A stretch of DNA of 61,390 bases, counting the filler, from Sphacelaria rigidula (Eukaryota): the NCBI GenBank assembly GCA_964200075.2. It is 7 parts of 7 records of this genome, joined end to end, with 100 filler letters (N's around TTAATTAATTAA, not from the genome) between each part and the next. Parts side by side here need not be neighbours in the genome. Positions count along the whole stretch, not along the records: positions 8,786 to 17,470 come from CAXNAA020010386.1; positions 17,571 to 26,254 come from CAXNAA020010387.1; 5 more parts are not named here. One strand, given 5' to 3'. The notes beneath the pieces are model-generated. The model did not search any database and was not told the DNA's origin. It saw only the letters and a program-made list of their open reading frames with translations. A program made the position numbers and the translations under genes. Every line of letters starts with the position of its first letter. Positions within the stretch are counted from its first letter, which is position 1. Of this stretch, positions 11,753-22,544 are shown piece by piece.

Positions 11753-14393
11753 CTTCGAAATCGATCTCCCCGTTGTTGTCTTGATCAATCTCGTCTATCA
11801 TGAGATCTACTTCCTCGGGCGTTGCTTCAATTCCAAGTGTGTCCATCTGTACAAAGAAGGGTCGTTCGCAGAAATCGTTGGCGTTGGTCAGAATGACTGA
11901 TCAAACGGACGAGAGGTGGTCAGGCGTCCGTGTGTCGTTGCAATTCTCCTGCGGTAAAAGAGGCACACGTACAGTCGGTGTATAGAGGCCTCCCCACTCA
12001 CGGTCTCACGATAATTAATGCCGGCCTAGGTCTTGCAGCAGTGAGTGGTCCGCTGGTATGAAACACAAGGGTCAAAAACTCAGCCTGAATTTTTTCGGGT
12101 CAGTCAAGCTATAGGACCGAAATCGCGCTAGAATATTGACTCTATACAAACTCCTATACGCAATAGAAATACATGATGGAGTCCAAGAATACCGGGTTAG
12201 AACATCTCACGCGGTTTCGGGCAACACTTGTGTCTCATATCTCCTTCTCGTGTAATGTGATGGCTTGAAAAGATCAGGCTGGACGCATTCTCTTCACGGA
12301 GTGTAGAAAATCTGAGGGAGGCGAAGAAGAAGCTGGGACCAGCTGTTGCTCTGCACAAACCGCAGATGTACTCTAACCCGTTCCCATCTGAAACCAGACC
12401 GATGAAATAGTGTTTACACCTAGGTTCAGGTACAAATATATTGCACTGTACTCTACCGTGTGCAGTTTTTGAAGATGAAGATTGCAAGGGTAGGACGAGT
12501 AGAGTATGCTCAATTGCGGGGTATTTTGAAAAACGTACGTGGTGTACTCAAGTTAGGGTAGAGTGTTGGGAGTCGTACCCAAAAAATAGCTGGGAAGCGA
12601 TTCCTGAAATTCCGCCCTCAACTTGTGTACTTTAAGCACGACTTTCAAAATACCCCGCAATTGAGTATACTCTACTCGACCTACCCTTGGAAGATTGCTT
12701 GGCAAGCATGGACACCCCTCGCCCTGGTACCCTACCCTCGCCACGACAGCAGATATTTGAAGAGGGACGGCTGACGGCCGACTACAAAGCAAAGAACAGG
12801 GAGTACCGTGCAAACGTCGGACACACAATAGTTGTAGGCAGTGTACCTCTAATACCAAAACATGAGAAGTCCAGAAATTCTGCACTAGTGTACTTCATAA
12901 TACTTCGAAGTATACAGTAAAATGTATGATGAAATCAGCCGAATTCGCAGGGTCATCAACGTCGTGTACGACTCTGTCTTGGTGTAAATTGTACATTTAT
13001 GTTTACCAGCTACGTATAGGCTTTACTGCAATGTGATATCCAACAGTACAGTAGTCCTGTCCTGACAGTGCTAGAGTTGCCACATTGGCATGCTGCATAT
13101 ATGAGAGCTACCTGCCCATTATTTTCAAGGAATATAAAGATCGCAATACCGTGATACACTGCACTGCTTACGCAACACGTGAATCCGGGTGAGCCACGCT
13201 GCTCTGTAATGCAGGATGGGCAACAATCGCAGGTTACCAGGTAATTGTTCTTCTGTGGTGTTAGACGCCTGAAGAATGCAATACGACAGTCATGAAGAAG
13301 TACGATATTTGTATTTCGTGTTAGGCTATGACAAAGGAAATGAACCTGGGCCCAAGATGGTGTTCCTTCCTGACGGGGCGCTACTGTATTGTGAAATAAT
13401 GTTTTTTCACGCTCACGTATCTCCATAAGTGAGACCAACGTTCGTCGTAGAGAGCCTTGCGTTATTCTTCAATCTCTGTCCAGGATGTCATATCGAAGTG
13501 GGATGTCCATTCAAGATACCATATCTATCTGGAGCATCCATCTGGGATATCAATGCCCATCTAGGAAGCCTATCTGTGGCACAGATGTGATATCCATCGG
13601 GGATGTCGATCCGGGGTATCAGATTTACTAGGGATATTCATCTGGGATGTCCATCTTCCAGATCCACCTGAGATGTCCACATCCCAGATAGATATCCGAG
13701 ATGGACGTCCACATCCTAGATGGAGATTGCGTGATGATGTAAGACCGTGTCGTCGTCGGATACACGCCACTTGCGATACTGCACTGAGTTGCGCTCTTCA
13801 CCACCAAGTTGTTCGTGGACCCTATTGCATCATAGTACGCATGTGCCGCAGTGGGTCTACTTTTTTTTCTCACACGGGATTTTACAAATTGAGGATAGTT
13901 GTTTTTTCAAGGATGAGCCTCGAAAGCCTTCATAGTCATCCAAATATGTTCCGACAAAATGCAACTCCACTATCTGACCGTGATGTGTGGCCTCGCTCAT
14001 TGTAAAAATACATATGTATATATATATGTATATATATATCCGTAATTTGTAAGATTCCGTGTTAACAGGGGATTCTGCCAGAAAATAACAATGTTTTGTA
14101 CGGGAAGGAACGGAGGTCGAAAATGTCCGGTATGAACGCGGGATTCAAAAGAGTGCGGATGGATTCTTTCGAGGATGAATGAAGCCACACATCACGGTCG
14201 GAGACTGCGTTTGCATTTGAATTTCGAAAATGTTCCGATGTTTACGAAGGTTCCCAAGGTTCATCCTCACAAGAAAACCCCGTGTTTCTTGTCATCGCAG
14301 CCTACACCGAAACCGAATAGCCAACGCTCACCAGTTCCCCGAGTTCTTCCTTCGTCACCGTACCGCCTCCATCTCTGTCGACTAAATCGAATA
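11753..14393 (-). CDS. Calmodulin-like EF-hand protein, two internal exons (partial)
   Basis: Exons 14393-14332 (xFDLVDRDGGGTVTKEELGEL) and 11846-11753 (MDTLGIEATPEEVDLMIDEIDQDNNGEIDFE) join in phase 0 and give two canonical EF-hand loops. Both acceptors are CAG; donors are GTGAGC and apparently GCGAGT. Confidence 0.9.
12485..12689. mobile_element. hAT-type MITE, 205 bp, in the EF-hand gene intron
   Basis: About 47-bp TIRs (CAAGGGTAGGACGAGTAGAGTATGCTCAATTGCGGGGTATTTTGAAA, 2 mismatches) and a perfect 8-bp TSD GAAGATTG at 12477-12484 and 12690-12697. Confidence 0.9.
13480..13725. repeat. Second GGATAT/CATCC-rich degenerate repeat block
   Basis: Same motifs as 9130-9420 (GGATGTCCATCT, ATCTGGGATAT). 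Confidence 0.6.
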
Positions 14394-15985
14394 CTGTTGC
14401 GGAACGGGCGACGCGCGCATGGGAAAGACAATCAACGAGGGCTAGCTATGCGGATCGCAAAGTTTTTCCCTCATAACTTTGTCTCACGACATTCATGAGT
14501 TACAGCATACTTCGAAGTAGTGTCGTGTCGAGTGTTGCATCCAGCAGTTATTTGGTTCAAGAGCACTTGCCAGGAAAGATATACTTGACTATTACTTTCA
14601 GCCACTTGGGGCAAATAACTCAGAGGACGCTTTTCATTACTCATCCAGCTAACAAGCGCTGTCATGACATGTGTGCCTCTACCGGCATATCGATCACCAC
14701 CCCATGCCAAACAGGCTCGTCATATCGACAGTAGGAGGGTAAATCAGCCGCCAGAGTGAGGTACAGGAGTGGCCAGTGTGAAGATTTCTCGGGTAATACA
14801 ACAGAGCCGCTCTGTAACCTTCACTGCCCCGAAACGACACAACTTAATGATGTTTTCGTGAGATTGAGAGTAGAGCGCGGAAAGAGAGTGGTTTTGACTA
14901 TTCGCTTTAACTTAGCCAATCTTTCGTTCTGTGTGTGCTCTCCTTTGCCTCTATCATTGCCGTGGGCTCAAAGCTATACGTCGATATCCTACTCAGGGAT
15001 ATCAAGCGCCTCAGTGGCAAGTTACTACAGAAAGAATATCGGGCCTCGTGGAGGGGCATTTCGAAATCGAAACGATTCATTCACTGATTGACCGCTTTCC
15101 ACTCTCAATCGTATCCTCTACTCTCAATCTCACGAAAACATTCTTATTTGTCGCCTCGACTGCTTCTGGACGTAACCCTACATTTCACGCGATGCCAATG
15201 TGAAGATTTCCGTAAGTTATTCACATTAAGGCTACTGCACAATGAGTCTTCACCACAGATCGCTGGCAGGAAGGACCACACAGGTGTAAAACTCAGAGCT
15301 TATATCACGGCTCAATGGGAAAAATCTCGGAAGTCAATACTTAGTGCCTGAGCGAGGCTCCAACCTTTCGTGATATAAACACATCAATCTATACGCACTG
15401 TACGAAATCCCGTTTCTCATATGGATATGAACAACAACAACATGAGTTTGGGGGCATTTCATACTGTGTTCGATCCCAGAACAGAAAATTTGCACCCCAC
15501 ATGTCTCGGGCACTATATGTTCCCTTGCTCAGAAAAGTCTGAGCCATTTTTTCCCCGAATCGCTAGGCGTCTCTGTCTCGAACACGGTCGCTTGCCGAAA
15601 ATCCAAGAGGGCATGAAAAATGTGTAGAAGATGTGGAAACTGTACAAATATCTCAACAGACAGCGATCTTTTTCATGGCCAGTGAATCTTGGCAAGCAGT
15701 CATTTTGCCGAGCGTAGCGAATCGCACAAGTGGATTAGGTTTCCGCTAGAGGTGGTGCATAGTGTCCAAAACATGCGGTGGCGATAGTTCCTATTCTTCA
15801 ACTGAAACCAGCGTCAACTGTCCAAAGCTCAAATATCCCACTTGAAAAAGTCACATCCCTATTCAAATTGACCTTGCTTACAATGACCAGCACGCACGAA
15901 CAACGACCAAACACTTTTTAGTATGGGGTACCTAGAACGTCCAACTTGAGTAACAGATCAAAACCGCAACCAACACCACCACCAG

Positions 15986-15986
<1 letters not shown>

Positions 15987-16016
<30 letters not shown>
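15987..16016 (+). repeat. (AAC)n microsatellite
   Basis: Direct reading. Confidence 0.9.
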
Positions 16017-17470
16017 TTCGTTGTAGATTTTGCGATGGTAAAGCGGATTTGGCTCACTCGACTTTCCACTGTGTGGGTGTATATATATCCGACGCACGTT
16101 TGTATGCAGTGGTAGCTACGCTGGCACTCTGTTGTGTTGACTTGAAACCACGGAACATTCATCGATACGATGATAGGACGGTATCAAATTATATACAACA
16201 TACCGCCATCATTGATCCACGTGTCAGAAACACGAAAACGCACTGCCTTCTGTGCTGCACAACGCGAGTCTAGCAGCACGTGACTCAAGGAGCTCCGATT
16301 CACCGGCATGGGAAAGCATGGAGTGCGAAGCAAAACTGTCGCGCTTTCGAATTTGTTGCTTTCGTTGTGCATTTCGATCGCATCTCCATAGGGTTGGCGA
16401 TATCTTCATCTCACATCGCACCAAGATAATGGGCGCTTCAGCGCGCTCTGGATTAAACTATAATACGTATAGTATATACAGTAGTAATAGTGAAGACACA
16501 AGCTACCATCAGCAGTGGTGGTGCCCTGTCCTCATGCGATGTACTCTTCCTGGGGTAAAGATGAAACCACGACCGTGCTCACAGGATAGGCATACCCAAG
16601 GGTGGCCCGTAGACTGAAGTTGAAGACACGTACCTCCCCCTCTGACAGACAGAGTGTTTCGGGAACGCCTTTTTTTCGGTCGGCGTAACTTCTGTCGGTG
16701 TATGTATATCATATACACTAGTGGGCGGTCTAACTATTCAGGGGTGTTTTGAGGTTTTCCTCGCGTACTACTCTTCGATAGAACTTGAAATTGATAGCGT
16801 CGGTAGATTTTGGTACGATAAACAGATCGTCCTCGAAAACAGTGCCCAAGTCAGTGTTAGTTGGGGTTATCGTGCTATGCGAGTATATACCCCGTATATC
16901 GGGAGGGTGCTATTGACCGCAAAACGCAGTTTTTCGGCTTTAGGGCAATGAGTAGGTAAAATTTCAATGAAATAAAACTGTACATTTCTTCATAAACACG
17001 ATCGGAACAGGCTTGATCGACCGAAAATACCGAAGAGAAAGAATCTGGGCTGAAACGTGACAGGACCCCCGATGGCCGGTCAACCCGTAAGTCACTAAAT
17101 ATTGAGTGCCGATTATTTTTTTTCTTGGAATGTAAAGCGGATACACATATCTTCAGATCCCCAATGTGATAAGCGGTGGCAAGCGAAAAGAGCCCAAGAA
17201 AATCGCCAATTACAAAACATCACAAAGTGCCACAAAATGGACGCTTAGACCGCCCACTACTGTATTATGAAGTTGACAGTTCCGAAAGCTTACTCTACTT
17301 CAGCGTTCTGAGTTCCGCATGTGTTACGTGGGGGCAAAGGGGGGTTCGAAAGTGGTAATTCCAGAGCCATCCAGGGGGGGGGGGGGGGGGGGATTTTTGG
17401 CCCTTCCCCCCCGGAAAACCCCCCCAAAACGCCGAGGAAGGGAAAGACGGTTGTTCGAACGCGCTTTTAA

Positions 17471-17570
17471 NNNNNNNNNNNNNNNNNNNNNNNNNNNNNN
17501 NNNNNNNNNNNNNNTTAATTAATTAANNNNNNNNNNNNNNNNNNNNNNNNNNNNNNNNNNNNNNNNNNNN
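17471..17570. other. Artificial contig linker
   Basis: 44N-TTAATTAATTAA-44N. Confidence 0.97.
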
Positions 17571-17735
17571 GTAGAATAAAATTGTCATGCCGGTAGCACC
17601 GTAGACCGTGGTCATGAAGAAATGGGCGCAGGGGGGGTTTCGTTGGCGAGATAGAGTCACGGTGGGTTCTGCAGTTTCGCAGTCAACAAAACATCGCGGT
17701 GTGGCGCCTCAGGTTGAGTGACAAGGCCGACTTAC

Positions 17736-20197
17736 GGGGGACGGGTGTGAAGATGCTGTTGGTGGCGCGTGCAGCCTACATTGCAGACAGGTTCATAATC
17801 AATATCAACATAATGCAAAATATCACCACTTTTTCAGCAACTGATGTTGCAGAATTGGGTTATATACGTGGCATGTTGAGCTTGTCGCGCGTCGCTCCCT
17901 CATGACGGTGAGCTCACGAGCCATGCGATTGCTTTGTGTGTGTGTTTGGATTGTGTTCCGTATTATTATGTGTGACATGTTCCGTGTTTCGTGGTGCTCC
18001 GTTTTCGGGCGCCCTCCTTCGCCCACTGAAGTGGCGACCTCAGCCTACACAGTGCTTTTTCATGCTCACATCTCACATCCCCCTTTAAACAATTCCCAGC
18101 TTCGAGGAATTAGAAGCCTTATGACACTTATGCCGGAAGTTGTATCTACACAATATCCAGACTATACAGTAGTTTCGGGTGTGCATATCATCTGGCGCAG
18201 CGGCCGGAGGTATAGGCAGGAAGGCCATTGGACACCGCTATCATACGATCCATCTCGTCACTCGTCACATAATAATGCCAACCGCCCGTATTGCGCGACG
18301 AGCTCTTCGAAAATTCGAAAAAATAATCTTGTTTTCTAGTTTCGTCGAAAAACCGACCGAAAAACCGACCGAAAAACCGACCGAAAAACCGACCGAGAAG
18401 TGCTCAGTTTCGGTTTCGTTTTATTTCGTTTTTTTTCAAAAAACCGACCGAAACCGACCGACTTTTCGAAAAAAAACGAAAAACCGACCGAGCCATTTTC
18501 AGCTTCGGTTCACAACACTGATAATGGGTGAATTACGGGCTTGACCGATCTTCGGGGGTCCTTCGAAAATACGACCCTAGGCTCTAGCTATTCGGTGTTT
18601 TCGGTGGACCGACTCTATCCGGATTAAATAAGTGAAGACTAAAAAAGGATCGGTTTTTTAAAATTTCACCTAGTCACTGCGCTAGAGCAGCACAACTATG
18701 TTTCTTGGACCATTTACGGTCAATAACACCCTCCTGGTAAACGGGGTCTTCACCCGGTATCGCTCCCACATCAACAACTTGGGCGATTGTGACTTGCGCA
18801 CGGTTTGCCTATTTTGCCAAAACTATCGACGCTAGCACTTTCGAGTGCTCATGGAAAATGTTTTGCGGAAAACCCCCGAAAATACGCCATCCGCAGAAAA
18901 TGGTAGACTGAGGTCTGTGCAGTATAGGAGGGAAACACGATCGTGATCGTTATTGTGAAGAACTTTAAACGTGTTAATTTATCTGAATATTTACTGTTTC
19001 GTCGCTGAAGAGCGGGACAACTGCTTATATTGGACCAAAAACGGTCAATAACACCCTCCTGATGAACGGGGGTATCAAATCCGTTTTGCCCCAAAAACAC
19101 CAACGTGAGCACTGCAGTTTGAGCGCGGCCTACGCCTTCTTCCTAAATCTACCGGCGCTAGCATTTTCAAGTAGTAGTGAAGGACCGTACTGCAGAAAAA
19201 CTCAGAAAAAAGGATGACTACGAATTCTGAAAACTTCTGACGCTGACTACTATAGGGTGTTCCACAAGCGAATTTATAGGGTGTACCGTATCGTACAAGT
19301 GCCGTACGACACTGAATGCCGTCGTTTGAGCTTGTTGACTGGGCCCACACACGCATACTGGGGTACAGAGGATGGGTGTACTTCTTGTTGACTACTTTTG
19401 ATGTCCTTGGGGAATATGGGGATACTATCGCACTATACACTTTTGCCATGTCCGTACTGGATGTTCACGTGTTTGTCTCCGCATGGGTTGTGCTCGACTG
19501 GACTCCTTGACCATCCAGATGTCATCATGTGTCGAATCGGCACCATGTTGAAATGGAACATGCATGCGAGCCTCAGGTATCCATCTACAGGCACTCGACG
19601 GGTCAAGATCAGCGAAGGGTTAGTCCTCACTCAGATGAAGAATCAAGCCTTTTCCCCGGCGTCGAGGCATATATTGGGATACCATAGCGGGTAAAAATAG
19701 GCTTCTCGTATACCCCTCGCCGCCCCCGTTTTATTGCATGGTTCGGCGGAACCGTTACACTCGCGGCGGGTAAAATGTAGTCTGTTGATGGTGATCCAGA
19801 CCGTGCGGTGGATTTCCACGACCGTCTGTGGCGACCACATGCACAAGCGAACACTCGGTCCGTGAGACTAAACCTATCGTCAAGCACCCAGTTACAGAGG
19901 AAAATTTCGCATATACTGATCTACGCAAGTACATAGCCGTCGCTACATCACGCGCTCCCTACGCAACATGTAACCGTGCATCTGCACTACGGTACCGTAC
20001 AGCACAAGACTACGGGTATGGTACCTACCATACCTGTTAGCTCGGCCGTTGCCGACAAGGGCCAGGTTGAACCCGGACACGCACGAAAACGAGAACGCGG
20101 CGAAAGCAACGCCGACCAAGCACAGCGTGGTGAAGGACGAGAATATGGGCGAAGCTGCGGGTGTAAGGAAGTGAGGGGTCGACCTTGGTCGCCCCAT
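17736..20197 (-). CDS. First two exons of a probable plastid-targeted protein with a bipartite presequence (partial)
   Basis: Exon 20197-20034 MGRPRSTPHFLTPAASPIFSSFTTLCLVGVAFAAFSFSCVSG-FNLALVGNGRAN(R) with AG|GTATGG donor (phase 2). Exon 17775-17736 (TAG acceptor, GTAAGT donor) continues in phase as LHAPPTASSHPSP. Hydrophobic signal, then Phe, then a peptide lacking acidic residues. Confidence 0.55.
18347..18520. mobile_element. End of a probable DNA-transposon derivative with AAAAACCGACCG subterminal repeats
   Basis: Four tandem 12-mers at about 18348-18395, further AACCGACCG copies, ending ...CACAACACTG (CAGTG-type terminus). Matching left end not found. Confidence 0.5.
18691..19175 (+). 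repeat. Diverged direct repeat pair of about 160 bp
   Basis: 18691-18848 and 19017-19175 share TTGGACCA...ACGGTCAATAACACCCTCCTG and CGCTAGCA.TTT blocks in the same order. Confidence 0.7.
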
Positions 20198-21068
20198 ATT
20201 TCAAACACACGCGAACAAACACACAGACGTGATCGGTGATACTATCTGTTGTACTGTGTACTATTGTTGTGTACAACAACGCAACGACGGTTGCTGTGCT
20301 GCTTAAGATCATTGTCAAAGTCATTTCTCAGTATTCTTGAGCCGCGAAAATTGAGGGTCTATCAGACACACAGCGCAGCATCGATGGTGTGTAAATAGTG
20401 AAAATTATTATCTCGAAGTATCATAGGCCGGGCATCTAAGAATGTTAAGAGCAAAGCGAGCAAAGGGTAAACATCCCGTACAAAGTGAGAAGATGGAACA
20501 TGATCAGTTTATGACGAAAATATTGGATAATGGTCTCTGAGTCCAGTATTAGGGGTCTAGTCCCTTAGTTGCACCTGGCGAGGCACTGGAGTAGGCTACC
20601 GTCAACATGATTAGTACCACAAAGTACCGCGATAGAAACGGCTCCATGTGTCACTTCGGGGGGGAACACAACGTTTGGTCTCCGGCGTCGCCTAATACCT
20701 GTAGAAATGACACACAACGGATCAGCATCCATCACAGCAATAACAGCATATTTTTAAACAGTCATCGTCACCGCACCCCCCGAACCGACCTCGACGCTTC
20801 CGGGCACGTTGTTGCTTCGTGTGTGCAGACAGCCCTACAAAAGGAATCACGACTACGAACACGCGAGGGTAGCGGCGATCCTTCCAATGGATCTGCTATA
20901 GTAGTCCCGGGCAACAACAGTAGTGATAGCAGCCTGTTGTTGCAGCAGTGCGCGCGCCCTGGTCGAAATGCGGCGTGTCTTCGTGCAGTGCAACGACGAA
21001 CTATTGTTAGTTGCGGAGGAGCGCAGCAGCGGCGGCGAGCGCGTTGGCGAGCGCGTTGGCGGCGAAGT

Positions 21069-21181
21069 ATGGATGCGCTGCTGGTGACGTTTGGTGTTGC
21101 GGTTTTGGGGTGCCTGATGGTAATGGAGGGCGCAGTCGGGCTGGTCATCGAGGAGCCCTTTCAGGAGATCTTTCAGCACGT
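21069..21181 (+). CDS. Probable first exon of a secreted/membrane protein (partial)
   Basis: MDALLVTFGVAVLGCLMVMEGAVGLVIEEPFQEIFQH followed by a GTGAGT donor; signal-peptide-like. The frame is also open upstream. Downstream exons not identified. Confidence 0.5.
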
Positions 21182-21591
21182 GTGAGTTATTCCGTTGCAC
21201 ACGACAGTCAGTACATTACGGACAGAAGTGCAGTCGGTTTGGTCTGTCAGGTTGTACTGTACACGGTACAAGTAGAACAGTAGTTGTACAGGCTACAGAA
21301 GAGTACCTGACATACTGGGCTGCACATGGCACATGTATCTGCGAGCACGTCACAAGCGAGATTAGGTGGGATTGATCGTTGACACCAGGGCTTGTTCGGG
21401 GTGCACACGACGCGTGCTGCCGGGCCCATTTGTTCAAGTGAGTTCGTTGCGGAGCAGAGAAGGGGATTATTCGTTTATCTCTTCAAGTTCTGGCCGTTGC
21501 AGTTATTATCCTTCAACCGCCAGGGTGGGTCATCGGGATCTTGTGGCGCTTCTCATGGCAAGCAAGAGAAAGTTCTTGGAAATTTACCTTC

Positions 21592-22122
21592 GTGGTCCTT
21601 CCGCGTCATTTTACGCCGTAAAAGAGGGCTAGGTGGATGTTGACGCCATGGAATTCCTTGCTGTACTCGCTTGGGACGGTTCCAGGACACCTTTGCGTAT
21701 TCCGGTGGCAGCAGTGTTTTTTGTGGCCAAACTTGCAGTTTTTTCTGGACTTGACCGTTCTTGGAGAAAATTGCAAGTTTGGCCAAAATCCGACTGTGGT
21801 CACCAGAAAACGCGTAGGTGTCCTCAGTTTTTACGAACTTGACCGTTTTTGGCCGCTCTCGAACAAAAGTGCAAGTTTGGCCGAAAAAAAACTGCTGCCA
21901 CCGGGAGACGCAAAGGTGTCCTGGAACCGTCTCAAACGAGTACAGCGAAACATTTCAAGGTGTTGACATCCGCCTAGCCATATCTTAACCCTTAGACCGC
22001 GGTGCGGGTAGTCCATCAGGATCATGCATACTTTTCTCAAGTGAATATTGATGCTTGTTCAGCAGTTGACCCACCCTCGCGGTCAAAGGGTTAGGGAGTA
22101 AAACGACAAAGAAGGACCAAAT
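21592..22122. mobile_element. Foldback/MITE-like palindromic element with a piggyBac-like MITE in its right arm
   Basis: Long imperfect inverted arms (GGCTAGGTGGATGTTGAC...GTTGACATCCGCCTAGCC); same family as 60190-60603; the right arm resumes after the 21989-22090 insert. Confidence 0.75.
21989..22090. mobile_element. About 102-bp piggyBac-like MITE
   Basis: TTAA|CCCTTAGACCGCG...CGCGGTCAAAGGG|TTAG; homologous to 9985-10087. Confidence 0.75.
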
Positions 22123-22184
22123 AAAGGCGGTTTTACAGTATATAGATTTTTTGCTTGCCGTAACTAGCAGCCTTGAACTGTTTC

Positions 22185-22544
22185 TTACGGTCGGTATCTT
22201 TTTGGGCGGGAGCTTTTGGGGAGAGTACTTTTCAGTTTTGGGATATTTGACGCGGTTTTCGGCCTCCAAACAGGGAATAGCGGTATCTCAGGTCTTCAAC
22301 ACTTTGCATCACCCCACCGAGAGGAGCCTAGCCCACTTTGCCGATTCTCTTGACAGCTGGACAAGAACATATGGTGTCTCGAGGTTTTGTACGAGTCGAA
22401 AAAAAAAGTGGTCTACAGTCTTTTCTGTGGGGTTATGAAAAGTGTCTAGGGCGTTTGATGGCGACATTCGCGGTTTGGGGCCAAAATCCGTGTCAAATGT
22501 CCCAATAAGTGGAAAATACGCCTCGCAAAAAATACCGACCGTAA
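22185..22544. mobile_element. MITE-like element with inverted ends
   Basis: TTACGGTCGGTATCTTTT at left and AAAAATACCGACCGTAA at right; exact ends and TSD unclear. Confidence 0.55.

Noticed and set aside
18179..18544. ORF with EKPT repeats
   Set aside because: Translation of the AAAAACCGACCG DNA repeat.
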